DNA of 64,000 nt from Nannocystis bainbridge (lineage in GTDB: Bacteria; Myxococcota_A; Polyangia; Nannocystales; Nannocystaceae): contig NZ_JAQNDL010000001.1 in NCBI RefSeq assembly GCF_028368995.1, forward strand, positions 32,001 to 96,000, written 5' to 3'. Shown one piece after another: positions 26,578 through 37,407 of the stretch; the first letter of the stretch is position 1; each line of letters opens with the position of its first letter. The translations under genes were made by a program, and so were the position numbers. The notes under the pieces were generated by a model, which searched no databases, was not told the DNA's origin, and saw only the letters and a list, made by a program, of their open reading frames with translations.

Positions 26578-28701
26578 TCACAGGCACGGATCGCCGGCCG
26601 GCAGCAGCACCCGCAGCGAGCGCGGCGCCATCGCCACCGACACCCCCGGCGCCAGCGCGAGCGTCTCGCCCGTCTGCGCGTCCACGTACTCGCCGGCGGC
26701 GAGCGACAGCCTGTCCAGCGCGATCGTCTGCGCCTCGCCCGCCCGCGACGTCAGCACCAGCGCCCGCTCGCCGCCCGGCGTCACCCGCTCGAACGCGTAG
26801 GCGTCCTTCGTCACCGTCACCGCCCGCCGCGACCCGCGGAGCAGCGCCGGCGAGCAGCGGCGCAGCGTCCCCAGCCGGCGCGCCGTCGCCAGCAGCGCCG
26901 CCTGCGGCTCCGGCAACGCGTCCCAGGCCGGCATCACCCGCCGGTTGTCGGGGTCCTGCCCGCCCGCCAGCCCGACCTCGTCGCCGTAGTACAGCACCGG
27001 CAGCCCCGGCAGCGTCAGCACCAGCCCGAGCGCCAGCGCCTGCCGCTCGTACGCCAACGCCTCGGCCGGCTGCGGCTCCGGGCTGGCCCAAGGGTCAGGT
27101 GCCGTCCCGCCCGCCGCCTCCGACACGAACCGCGTGACGTCATGGTTGCCGATCATGCGCGCCAGCGTCCCGCCGCTGCCGGCGGTCTTGGCCTCGACCT
27201 CGACCAGCGTCGCCTCGACCGCCGCGAACCCGGCCGACTCGTGGGCGATCACGTCGCGCAGCGCCCACATCAGCGGGAAATCGAACACGCTGTCGAGCCC
27301 ATCCGGCCCGAGGTAGTAGCGGATCACCTCGATGCCCCACGCGCCCGGGCCGGTGAACACCTCGCCGACGAAGAAGCTGGCCTCGCGCGGCGCCAGCCGC
27401 TCGCGCACCTCGGCCGCGATCCGCCGCGTCGCCGCCCGCGGCATCATCGGCACCGCGTCGATCCGCAGCCCGTCGATGTCGAACGTCTCCATCCACCACA
27501 CCGCGTCCTCGTAGGCCCAGCGCAGCGCCTCGGGCCGCTCGAGCCGCAGGTCGGGCAGGTACGGGGTGAACCAGCAGGTCTGGATGTAGCGACCCCAGTC
27601 GCAGCCGCCGAGGCCGCACACGCATGGCGGATCGGACATGTTCCAAAGGTCCTGCGCCTGCGACATGCGATAGCGCGGGTTGTCCTCGTAGACATGGTTG
27701 GGCACCAGGTCGAGCAGGACCCGCAGCCCGCGCGCGTGGGCGGCCGCGATCAGCGAGCGCAGCGCCGCCTCGCCGCCGATCCGCGCCTCGACCCCGCGCG
27801 AGTCGAGCGGCCAGTAGCCGTGATAGCCCTCGTAGAATTTCCCGTCGCCGCGGCCCTCGCGGGGCTCGATCGGGTTGACGTACACCGGCGACAGCCACAG
27901 CCCCGTCGCCCCGAGCGCCTCGATCGCCGCCAGCTCCGCCTCGATCCCGTCGAGCGTCCCGCCCGCGCGCCCGCCCGGGCTCGCCGGCGGCTCCAGCGTC
28001 GCCCCGCCCGGCCCGCGAAAGCGGTCGATCATGATCTGATACAGCAGCCCCTCGGCCGGCCGCTCCGCCGCCGGCTCGACCCACCCGACCGCTCCTGCCC
28101 GCGCCTCGCGGCCGGCCTCGTCGACCGCCACCAGCGCCAGCGAATGCTTGCCGCGCGGCAGCCCGGCGCGCGCCAGCGTGATCGCCCCGCTGGCCGCGTC
28201 GATCGTCGCCGGCACCACCGTCCCGTCGCTCGCGCGGCCCTCCGCGCGCACCAGCGGCGACCCGTCGGCGCCCGCCAGCAGCCGCGCCGAGGCCGTCCAC
28301 GCGCCCTCCGGCGTCGCCGTCACCCCGTCGACCACCAGCTGCGGCTGCGCACAATCGGCGATGCGCAGCAGCGACACCTCGAGGTCGTCCTGCTCGCGCC
28401 AGAACGTCGAAAGCGGGTTGTGGTCATCGACGCGATCGACCCCGTCCTCGACGATCAGGTAGCCGTACTCGCCGGGCGGCAGCTCGAAGCGCGCCACCTG
28501 CCACGCCGGGTCCTCGGCGCTCGTGCGCAGCGGGATCCCGGGCGAAAACCACGAGTTCCACGAGCCCACGATCTCGAGCGTCGCCCCCGCGCGCTGCGGC
28601 TGGGCCCACACCGTCGCCGCGCAGTCGCGCCGCGGAGGGGCCGCGTCCTCGCACGCAGCGAGCCCTGCCGCGATCGCCGCGGCCGCGATCCGAGCGGACA
28701 T
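26578..28701 (-). CDS. GH13 alpha-amylase-family lipoprotein with an N-terminal CBM48-like module
   Basis: Lipobox LAAC; IVGSWNSW..LPPGEYGY; IMIDRF, YHGYWP, DLVPNH, GLRIDAVP, VGEV, IGNHD. Confidence 0.9.
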   Translation of the reverse strand: MSARIAAAAIAAGLAACEDAAPPRRDCAATVWAQPQRAGATLEIVGSWNSWFSPGIPLRTSAEDPAWQVARFELPPGEYGYLIVEDGVDRVDDHNPLSTFWREQDDLEVSLLRIADCAQPQLVVDGVTATPEGAWTASARLLAGADGSPLVRAEGRASDGTVVPATIDAASGAITLARAGLPRGKHSLALVAVDEAGREARAGAVGWVEPAAERPAEGLLYQIMIDRFRGPGGATLEPPASPGGRAGGTLDGIEAELAAIEALGATGLWLSPVYVNPIEPREGRGDGKFYEGYHGYWPLDSRGVEARIGGEAALRSLIAAAHARGLRVLLDLVPNHVYEDNPRYRMSQAQDLWNMSDPPCVCGLGGCDWGRYIQTCWFTPYLPDLRLERPEALRWAYEDAVWWMETFDIDGLRIDAVPMMPRAATRRIAAEVRERLAPREASFFVGEVFTGPGAWGIEVIRYYLGPDGLDSVFDFPLMWALRDVIAHESAGFAAVEATLVEVEAKTAGSGGTLARMIGNHDVTRFVSEAAGGTAPDPWASPEPQPAEALAYERQALALGLVLTLPGLPVLYYGDEVGLAGGQDPDNRRVMPAWDALPEPQAALLATARRLGTLRRCSPALLRGSRRAVTVTKDAYAFERVTPGGERALVLTSRAGEAQTIALDRLSLAAGEYVDAQTGETLALAPGVSVAMAPRSLRVLLPAGDPCL

Positions 28702-28812
28702 GCCTCGGCCCCGCATCGGCCCCAGCGTATCACGACGGGCCCGTCCGGCGGCCGCTCCGTGCAGCCCCGTGCGCGTCTGCCTGGAGGTGCTACGGGTCTC
28801 GCGGAGCCACTC

Positions 28813-29121
28813 ATGCAGTCACAACAGATGATCCAGGCCCTCGCGCAGATCACCTCGGACTTTCGCCGCGGCGACGTCGACGCCGCTTACGAGGGTTATC
28901 GCGACCTGTTCAGCAACCCGGCCTTCGCTCAGGGCAGCGCCGAGGATCGGCGACACGCGCTGCGCCAACTCGTCCACACCCAGGGCGCCCCGGCCCAGTT
29001 CACGCGGACCATGCGGGTCGCCCACGACGCCGCCGTCGGGCCGATCCAGGCCCTCGTCGCCGAGACCGACGACGCCGGCGATCGCGAGCTGCTCAAGACC
29101 CTGAAGCAGCGCCTCGGCTGA
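28813..29121 (+). CDS. Small helical hypothetical protein
   Basis: RBS GGAG plus ATG 28813; C-terminal 102 aa of ORF 26299..29121 show normal codon bias. Confidence 0.65.
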   Translation: MQSQQMIQALAQITSDFRRGDVDAAYEGYRDLFSNPAFAQGSAEDRRHALRQLVHTQGAPAQFTRTMRVAHDAAVGPIQALVAETDDAGDRELLKTLKQRLG

Positions 29122-29179
29122 TCCCGCGATCCACGCTCGACAACCGTCGTCGCTTCGGAGTACGAATGCGACGACGCCC

Positions 29180-30808
29180 GTGCGCTGCGATTTTCCTCTC
29201 CTGTCCCTCGCCGTCGCGTTGCTCGGCGTCGTCGCCCCTGCGGCGGCCGCCCAGAGCCCGGCGTCGCCGCCCACCACCTCGCAGCCCACGGCCTCCACGC
29301 CGCCGGTGACCCCGGCCGAGCCCGAACCTGCCCCTGAGGACAGCTCGGCCGTGCCCGCGCCGGACGCCGTGCCGACCGCGAGCGCCGCCCCGACGCCAGC
29401 CGAGGCCCCGCCGCCGACGCCCGTGCCCGAGCCCGCGGTCAAGCCCGACAAGCCCGGCTCGCGCGGCCCGCACCCCCACGATCCGAACAGCCCGCCCGGC
29501 CTCGCCGACGGCTTCCATTTCGGCTCGTACGGCCGCGTCATCGCCGGCGGCGACTCTACCGGTCGCGCCGGCCGCAACGGCGACATCGTCGCTCGCGGCT
29601 CGCGGCTCGACGAGGCCAACTACGCCGAGCTCGAGCTGCGGCGCGAGGACTACTGGAAATCGACCGGCGCCTACACGCGGATCGTCGCCACCACCGCCTT
29701 CGCCACCCCGATCTTCCACTATAACGGCCAGTTCTCGGCCGCCCTGGCGATCCGCAACCTCTACCTCGAGGTCCGCAACGCCGGCGTCAAGGGCCTGTCC
29801 TTTTGGGCAGGTTCTCGCATGTACCGCGGCGACGACATCTACCTGCTCGACTTCTGGCCGCTCGACAACCTCAACACCATCGGCGGCGGCGTCGGTTACA
29901 CCTTCAAGACCGGCACCGAGCTCAAGTTCCACGCCGGCCTCAATCAGCCGACCGATCCTTACTATCGCCAGACCATCCTGCGCCCGCCGGCCTACAATCA
30001 ATTCGGGTCCGCCGAGGTCGCCATCCTCGATCGCCAGAAGCTGGTCAGCAGCCTCAAGCTCAGCCACGTCTGGCCGATCGGCGACAGCGGCGGCGTCAAG
30101 GGCATCCTCTACGGCGAGCTCCACTACGTGCCCGAGGGCCAGCGCGAGATCGAGAGCAAGGTCTACGAGGCTGTCCCCAAGGACAAGGGCTTCGTCGGCG
30201 GCGCCCAGGTCGGCGCCTTCACCGGCAAGCGCAGCACCTACGTCAACCTCACCGCGCGGTTCGCCTCCGGCATCGCGGCCTACGGCGAGCTCAACGCCCC
30301 CCGGCAGCTGCGGCCCGATCGCACCGCCACCGGCGCCCACGAATTGCTCGTCACCCTCAGCGGCAACTGGGAGCGCGGCCCCTTCGGCCTGCTCATGGGC
30401 TCCTATTATCGCCAGTTCCGCAACGCCAGCCGCTCGCTCGATTGGGACGACCTCAACGAGGGCATCGTCATCGTCCGCCCGCAGGTGTGGTTCGCCAAGA
30501 TCGCCGGCGTCGCGCTCGAGGCCTCGTATCAGGCCCAGCAACGCGGCGTCGCCACCGAGTCCGAGCCCAACCTCTTCAAGCCCGTGTTCGCGCAGATGGG
30601 CCGCTTCGGCGTCATCCCGTTCATCACCCCGGGCGGCCCCGGCGCGTTCCAGCGCCCGCAGATCCGCCTGATCTACCTGCTCACCGTGCGCGACGGCGCC
30701 ACGCGCTCGTTCTACCCCGCCGACGACGTGTTCGCGCGCCGCGGCGTCGACCACTTCATCGGCGTCGGCGCCGAGTGGTGGTTCGGCAGCACCAGCTACT
30801 TCCGCTGA
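29180..30808 (+). CDS. LamB/maltoporin-like carbohydrate porin
   Basis: Signal peptide and Pro-rich linker; FHFGSYGR, SRLDEANYAEL, FWAGSRMYRGDDIYLLDFW, C-terminal GVGAEWWF. Confidence 0.85.
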   Translation: MRCDFPLLSLAVALLGVVAPAAAAQSPASPPTTSQPTASTPPVTPAEPEPAPEDSSAVPAPDAVPTASAAPTPAEAPPPTPVPEPAVKPDKPGSRGPHPHDPNSPPGLADGFHFGSYGRVIAGGDSTGRAGRNGDIVARGSRLDEANYAELELRREDYWKSTGAYTRIVATTAFATPIFHYNGQFSAALAIRNLYLEVRNAGVKGLSFWAGSRMYRGDDIYLLDFWPLDNLNTIGGGVGYTFKTGTELKFHAGLNQPTDPYYRQTILRPPAYNQFGSAEVAILDRQKLVSSLKLSHVWPIGDSGGVKGILYGELHYVPEGQREIESKVYEAVPKDKGFVGGAQVGAFTGKRSTYVNLTARFASGIAAYGELNAPRQLRPDRTATGAHELLVTLSGNWERGPFGLLMGSYYRQFRNASRSLDWDDLNEGIVIVRPQVWFAKIAGVALEASYQAQQRGVATESEPNLFKPVFAQMGRFGVIPFITPGGPGAFQRPQIRLIYLLTVRDGATRSFYPADDVFARRGVDHFIGVGAEWWFGSTSYFR

Positions 30809-30829
30809 AGCGACCTCGGAGACCTCGCC

Positions 30830-32791
30830 ATGCACGATCGCCGACTCCTCGCATTCGCCCCCGCGCTGCTCCTCGCCGCCGGCTGCCTGCACTTCGACAC
30901 CCTCGACGAACCGGTCAAGATGGCGACCCACGCCAAGGACTGGCGCGAGGCCGTCATCTATCAGGTGCTCATCGATCGCTTCGACGACGGCGACGACGGC
31001 AACAACAACCTGCTCGACCGCGAGAACATGGCCCGCTATCACGGCGGCGACTGGATCGGGCTCGAGAACCGGCTCGACTACATCCAGGAGCTGGGCGTCA
31101 ACACCCTGTGGATCTCGCCGGTCATCAAGAACATCGAGACCGACGCCAACGTCGACGGTTATCACGGCTACTGGGCCGTCGACCTGACCCAGCCGAACGC
31201 CCACTTCGGCAACCTCGACGACCTGCGCTCGCTCGTGCGCGCCGCCCACGAGCGCGACATGTTGGTGGTGATCGACATCGTCGCCAACCACATGGGCCAG
31301 CTGTTCTTCTACGACATGAACCTGAACGGCGTGCCCGACATCCTGCTGCAGGGCACCGGCACGCGGCCGCAGGGCACCCCCGTGCCGCCGGGCTTCGACC
31401 AGTCGGGCTTCACCCACATCACCGAGTACGACCCCGACTTCAACCCGCTCGGGGTCCAGGCCTTCACCTCGCTGGGCCCGGCCGGGCCGGCGCCGGTCGT
31501 GTTCCCGTTCGACCCGAAGAGCGGCCACGTCACGCCGATGCCGGCCATCTTCCAGAACCCCGAGGTCTACAACCGCAAGGGTCGCACCTTCAATTACGAC
31601 GACCCGCAGCAGCTGCTCACCGGTGACTTCCCCGGCGGCCTCAAGGACGTGAACACCACCCGCTGCGACGTCAAGCAGGCGTTCGTCGACTCCTACGCGC
31701 GGTGGATCGAGCTGACCGACGCCGACGGCTTCCGCATCGACACCGTCAAGCACGTCGAATACGAGTTCTGGCGCTACTTCACCCAGCGCGTGCGCCAGCG
31801 GCTGGCGGCCCAGGGCAAGAACAAGTTCTTCATGTTCGGCGAGGCCTTCGACGGCCGCGACGAGCTGGTCGGCTCGTTCACCAAGAACGACCTCCCGAGC
31901 GACGAGGAGCTCGCGCGCGAGAACTCGTGCGACGACGGCCCCAAGCTCACCGGCGATCAGCTCGACAGCGCCTTCTACTTCCCGCAGCACTACCAGGTGT
32001 TCCGCGACGTGTTCCAGGACGCCGCCTCGACCGACCGGATCGCGGGCCTGTGGGCCAACAAGACCACCAACTACGGCACCGTCGCGCCCAAGGACAGCGC
32101 CGGCGTCGCCCCGCACAAGCTGCTCGTCAACTTCATCGACAACCACGACGTCGCGCGCTTCCTCTACTTCGCCCGCGAGCGCGTCGAAAAGGATCCCGCG
32201 TTCGCCGGCAAGTCGCTGCGCGACAAGGAGCTGCGGCTGCGGTCCATGCTGCAGAACGCCCTGCTCATGCTCATGACCGCCGAGGGCATCCCCTGCCTCT
32301 ACTACGGCACCGAGCTCGAGTACCGCGGCGGCAACGACCCGAGCAACCGCGAGGACATGTGGCGTCCTTATCCGTACCTGGGCGAGACCACCCCACCGCC
32401 GGCGTTCGACACCACCGGCGCGACCTTCGCCTTCACCAAGAAGCTGATCGCGTACCGCAAGAAGCTGGCCGCCCTGCGCCGCGGTGACACCAAGGTCGTG
32501 TGGTCGACCACGCGCACCGGCGACGAGTCCGACGCCGGCATCTTCGCCTTCGAGCGCGCCGGCGGCGAGGCCGGCAGCAACTACGTCCTGGTCGTGTTCA
32601 ACACCCACCAGAGCCACGACAGCCGGACCCAGTTCGAGGGCGCCGCCATGACCGTCTCGGCCCCCGCTGGCGCCGTGCTGGTCGACGTCCTCGGCGGCAA
32701 CAAGAAGTACACCGTCGGCGCCGGCGGCACCCTCGACCTCACCCTCCCGCCGGTGTCCGGCATGCTCCTCGTCCCGCAGCAGGACGTCTGA
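30830..32791 (+). CDS. GH13 alpha-amylase/CGTase-like lipoprotein
   Basis: Lipobox AAGC; IYQVLIDRF, YHGYW, DIVANH, GFRIDTVKH, FGEA, IDNHD. Confidence 0.93.
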   Translation: MHDRRLLAFAPALLLAAGCLHFDTLDEPVKMATHAKDWREAVIYQVLIDRFDDGDDGNNNLLDRENMARYHGGDWIGLENRLDYIQELGVNTLWISPVIKNIETDANVDGYHGYWAVDLTQPNAHFGNLDDLRSLVRAAHERDMLVVIDIVANHMGQLFFYDMNLNGVPDILLQGTGTRPQGTPVPPGFDQSGFTHITEYDPDFNPLGVQAFTSLGPAGPAPVVFPFDPKSGHVTPMPAIFQNPEVYNRKGRTFNYDDPQQLLTGDFPGGLKDVNTTRCDVKQAFVDSYARWIELTDADGFRIDTVKHVEYEFWRYFTQRVRQRLAAQGKNKFFMFGEAFDGRDELVGSFTKNDLPSDEELARENSCDDGPKLTGDQLDSAFYFPQHYQVFRDVFQDAASTDRIAGLWANKTTNYGTVAPKDSAGVAPHKLLVNFIDNHDVARFLYFARERVEKDPAFAGKSLRDKELRLRSMLQNALLMLMTAEGIPCLYYGTELEYRGGNDPSNREDMWRPYPYLGETTPPPAFDTTGATFAFTKKLIAYRKKLAALRRGDTKVVWSTTRTGDESDAGIFAFERAGGEAGSNYVLVVFNTHQSHDSRTQFEGAAMTVSAPAGAVLVDVLGGNKKYTVGAGGTLDLTLPPVSGMLLVPQQDV

Positions 32792-32797
32792 CGCTCC

Positions 32798-33860
<1,063 letters not shown>

Positions 33861-33871
<11 letters not shown>

Positions 33872-34002
33872 GCATGTCCGTGCAGACATGTCCGCTCGCG
33901 CATGTCCCCTGCGACATGTCCCTGAGGTCCGGTTGCTGAGGCACGCCGCCCTCGCTCGCATGTCCTCCCGGACATGCTCGCCCGGTCATGTCCTCGGCGC
34001 CC
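33861..34002. repeat. 14-bp-unit arrays (5+3 units) at the malK-malEF junction
   Basis: TGTCCgtgcAGACA TGTCCgctcGCGCA TGTCCcctgCGACA TGTCCctgaGGTCC ... TGTCCtcccGGACA TGCTCgcccGGTCA TGTCC. Confidence 0.87.
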
Positions 34003-36155
34003 TGCTCGCCGTGCTCGCCCTGCTCGCCCCCGCCCTCGCCCGCGCCGACGAGCTGCGGCTGTGGCACGCCTACCGCGACGCCGAGGCCACCGCCCTGGTC
34101 GAGATCGTCGAAGAATTCGCCGCCCGCACCGGCCACCGCGTCGAGCTGCTGGCGGTCGCCCACGAGAGCTTCGGCAGCAAGCTCGCCGCCACCATCCCGC
34201 GCGGCCAGGGCCCGCACGTCTTCATCGACTCGCACGAGCGGATCGGCGACTACCGGCTGCGCGCGCTGCTCGGCGACGCCGGGCCCGCGCTCGGGCCCGA
34301 CGCCGACTACAGCGCGCAGTCGCTGGCCGCCGTCACCCAGGACGGCGCGCGCTGGGGCGTCCCGCTGAACGCCAAGTCGGTCGCGCTGTTCGTCAACACC
34401 CGCCTCGCCGGCGCCGTCCCGGACACCCTCGAGGGTATCGCCGCCCTGCCCATGCCCGCGGGCGTCTACCCGCTGGCCTACGAGGCCCAGAGCGCCTACG
34501 GCCACATGCCGCTGCTGGCGGCCTTTGACGGCCGCATGCTCGCCGACGACGCCAGCTTCGGCTTCGTCGGCCCGGCCGCGGCCCGCTCGCTCGCGTTCGC
34601 CAGGGAGCTCGTCGAGCGCGGCGCCGTCCCGCGCGACGCCGACGGCGCCCTCGTGTCCGACCTGTTCCGCTCCGGCCGGGCCGCCTTCGCCATCAGCGGC
34701 CCGTGGCTGGTCGGTCAGCTCGCCGGCGTCGAGTTCGCCTGGCGCGTCGTGCCCCTGCCGATCGTCGGCGAGACCGGCCTGCCGATGCGCCCGCCGCTGA
34801 CCGTCGAGGCCGCCATGCTGTCGCCGCAGGGCTCCGCCTCGCCAGCCGCCCTCGACCTGGTCCGCGCGCTCGCCAGCGCCGAGGCGGCCGCGGTGCGCCA
34901 GCGGCTCGCCGGCACCCTGTCCGTCAGGACAGACGTACCTGTCCCCGAGGACAGCCCCGTGCTCGCCGGCTTCCGCGCCCAGGCCGAGCTCGCGGCGCCG
35001 ATGTCCGCCGACCCGGCCATGCGCTCGACCTGGGAGCCGGCCTTTCGCGCCATCCGCAAGGTCCTGCGCGGCCAGGCCAGCCCCGAAGACGCGCTCGCCG
35101 AGGCCGCCCGCCGCTTCGCCGACGTCCGCCGCCCACCGCCGCCCGCCGCCTCGCCGACGCCGGCCCTGCTGCTGCTCGGCCTCGGCCTGCTGCTCGTCGC
35201 CTTTCACCTGGTCCGCCGCGCCCGCGACCCCGCCGCCCGCCAGGCCCTGCGCGCCTCGCTGCCGGCCTACCGCTACGTCGCCCACAGCGTCGTCGTCGTC
35301 GGCCTGCTGGTGTTCCTCCCGCTGATCGTCGGCGCCGCCACCTCGCTGTTCGCCGGTCGCCCGGGCGAGGGCTACTACGTCGGCCTCGCCAACTTCTTCG
35401 AGATCCTCACCGCCCGCGGCGGCCCCTTGCTGGCCACCGGCTCGTTCTGGTTCGTCCTCCTCGTCACCTTCCTGTGGACGGCCGTCAACGTGGTCCTCCA
35501 CCTCGGCATCGGCCTCGCGCTCGGCCTCGTGCTGTCGCGCCCGACCCTGCGCCTGCGCGCGCTCTACCGCGTGCTCCTCATCCTCCCGTGGGCCGTGCCC
35601 AGCTACGTCACCGCCCTGGCGTGGAAGGGCATGTTCCACCAGCAGTACGGCGCCGTCACCGGCCTCGTGCTCGCCATCAACGAGTGGTTCGGCACCAGCC
35701 TCGAGCCGATCGCCTGGTTCTCGCGCTTCGCCACCGCCTTCGCCGCCAACGTCGCCACCAACGTGTGGCTCGGCTTCCCCTTCATGATGGTCGTCACGCT
35801 CGGCGCCCTCACGGCCGTGCCCGCCGACGTGCTCGAGGCCGCCGAGGTCGACGGCGCCAGCCGCTGGCAGCGCCTCACCCGCGTCACCCTGCCGATGATC
35901 CGCCCGGCCCTCGCCCCGGCCGTCACCCTCGGCGCGATCTGGACCTTCAACATGTTCAACGTCGTCTTCCTCGTCTCGGGCGGCGACCCCGACGGCTCGA
36001 CCGACATCCTCGTCAGCGAGGCGTACCGCTGGGCCTTCACCCGCGAGGCCCAGTACGGCTACGCCGCCGCCTACGCCGTCCTGATCTTCCTGCTCCTGCT
36101 CGTCACCACCCGCCTGCCGGCCTGGCTGGCGCGGCGACCGCGAGGCGCGCGATGA
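33960..36155 (+). CDS. Fused maltose/maltodextrin-binding protein and permease (MalE-MalF)
   Basis: Signal peptide, SBP domain (LRLWHAY, GPHVFI, AFAISGPW), then TM domain with EAAEVDGASRWQ loop; start uncertain (33888 or 33960, both inside repeat units). Confidence 0.88.
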   Translation: MSSRTCSPGHVLGALLAVLALLAPALARADELRLWHAYRDAEATALVEIVEEFAARTGHRVELLAVAHESFGSKLAATIPRGQGPHVFIDSHERIGDYRLRALLGDAGPALGPDADYSAQSLAAVTQDGARWGVPLNAKSVALFVNTRLAGAVPDTLEGIAALPMPAGVYPLAYEAQSAYGHMPLLAAFDGRMLADDASFGFVGPAAARSLAFARELVERGAVPRDADGALVSDLFRSGRAAFAISGPWLVGQLAGVEFAWRVVPLPIVGETGLPMRPPLTVEAAMLSPQGSASPAALDLVRALASAEAAAVRQRLAGTLSVRTDVPVPEDSPVLAGFRAQAELAAPMSADPAMRSTWEPAFRAIRKVLRGQASPEDALAEAARRFADVRRPPPPAASPTPALLLLGLGLLLVAFHLVRRARDPAARQALRASLPAYRYVAHSVVVVGLLVFLPLIVGAATSLFAGRPGEGYYVGLANFFEILTARGGPLLATGSFWFVLLVTFLWTAVNVVLHLGIGLALGLVLSRPTLRLRALYRVLLILPWAVPSYVTALAWKGMFHQQYGAVTGLVLAINEWFGTSLEPIAWFSRFATAFAANVATNVWLGFPFMMVVTLGALTAVPADVLEAAEVDGASRWQRLTRVTLPMIRPALAPAVTLGAIWTFNMFNVVFLVSGGDPDGSTDILVSEAYRWAFTREAQYGYAAAYAVLIFLLLLVTTRLPAWLARRPRGAR

Positions 36156-36320
36156 GCCCGATCGGACATGTCCCTTCGGCCATGCCCTATCGGCCCTGTC
36201 CCCGCGGACATGCCCCATCGGCCATACGCTCGACACCCGCGCGCGCCGGCGCCAGCGGCTGGCATGTCCCATCCACCATGTCTTCCCGGCCATGCCCCCA
36301 CGGACATGCCCTGAACGACA
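36155..36320. repeat. 14-bp-unit arrays (5+4 units) at the malEF-malG junction
   Basis: ..GGACA TGTCCcttcGGCCA TGCCCtatcGGCCC TGTCCccgcGGACA TGCCCcatcGGCCA ... TGTCCcatcCACCA TGTCTtcccGGCCA TGCCCccacGGACA TGCCCtgaaCGACA. Confidence 0.88.
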
Positions 36321-36351
36321 CGCCTCACGCTCCCCCCCGCGAGGTGCGCCG

Positions 36352-37230
36352 ATGAGCCCCGCCGATCAGGGCCGCAAGGTCAGCCTCGCCGAGTCGATCG
36401 GCGCCCACCTGCTGCTCGTCGTCGCCGTCGCCTTCGCCCTCTACCCGCTGCTGTGGGTCGTCTCGCTGGCCTTCTCCGGCGCCGTCGAGCCGACCCCGCG
36501 GGTCTTGCCGGTCCCGATCGAGCCGACCCTCGAGCACCTGCGCGGCGTCGCCTTCTCGACCCTCCAGGTCCCCGGTGAGCCCGACCGGTGGTTGTTCGGC
36601 CTCCAGCTCGCCAACTCCATCGTCATCAGCCTCGCCACCGCCCTCGTCGGCGTCGTCATCGCCGTGCCGACCGCCTACGCCCTCGCCCGCTTCGAGTTCG
36701 TCGGCAAGAACGGCGGCATGCGGGCCCTGCTGGCCACGCAGATGTTCCCCGCCGTCGCCAGCGCCATCCCGCTCTATATCATCCTCGACGGCCTCGGCCT
36801 GCTCGGCACCCGCTCCGGCCTGGTCCTCTGCTACGCCACCACCGCCGTCCCGTTCGCCATCTTCCAGCTGCGCGGCGCCTTCGAGACCATCCCACGCGAC
36901 CTCGAGGAGGCCGCCATGGTCGACGGCGCCACCCGCTTCGAGGCCTTCCGCAAGGTCGTCCTGCCGGCCGCTCGCCCCGCGATCGCCGTCACCGCCCTGT
37001 TCGCCTTCATGAGCGCCTACAACGAGTTCGTGCTGGCCCACACCATGCTCGGCCGCGAGGAGATGTACACGGTCCCCGTGGTCCTGCAGCGCTACATCTC
37101 CGAGTTCAGCGCCGACTGGCCCAAGTTCGCCGCCGGCTCGCTGATCGTCTCGATCCCGGTGATGATCCTCTTCTACATCGCCCAGCGCCACCTCATCGCC
37201 GGCCTCACCGCCGGCGGCGTCAAGGGCTGA
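36352..37230 (+). CDS. malG: Maltose/maltodextrin ABC permease
   Basis: AYALARF, QMFP, EEAAMVDGA, C-terminal GLTAGGVKG; start at ATG 36352. Confidence 0.92.
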   Translation: MSPADQGRKVSLAESIGAHLLLVVAVAFALYPLLWVVSLAFSGAVEPTPRVLPVPIEPTLEHLRGVAFSTLQVPGEPDRWLFGLQLANSIVISLATALVGVVIAVPTAYALARFEFVGKNGGMRALLATQMFPAVASAIPLYIILDGLGLLGTRSGLVLCYATTAVPFAIFQLRGAFETIPRDLEEAAMVDGATRFEAFRKVVLPAARPAIAVTALFAFMSAYNEFVLAHTMLGREEMYTVPVVLQRYISEFSADWPKFAAGSLIVSIPVMILFYIAQRHLIAGLTAGGVKG

Positions 37231-37407
37231 GCCCGCGATGCGGCCCCGCTGCGGCCGACGAAACAGCGTGCCCGTCTCGGCCACGCCCCGCTCGGGCCGC
37301 GCGTGCGGTTGCGCCGGGCCCGGCGATCACATTTCATCCATGCCGTGAATCCAACCAGGGTTCCGCGGATTCCAAACCCTCGCCCCAAGCTCCCTGGAGG
37401 ACCCCGA

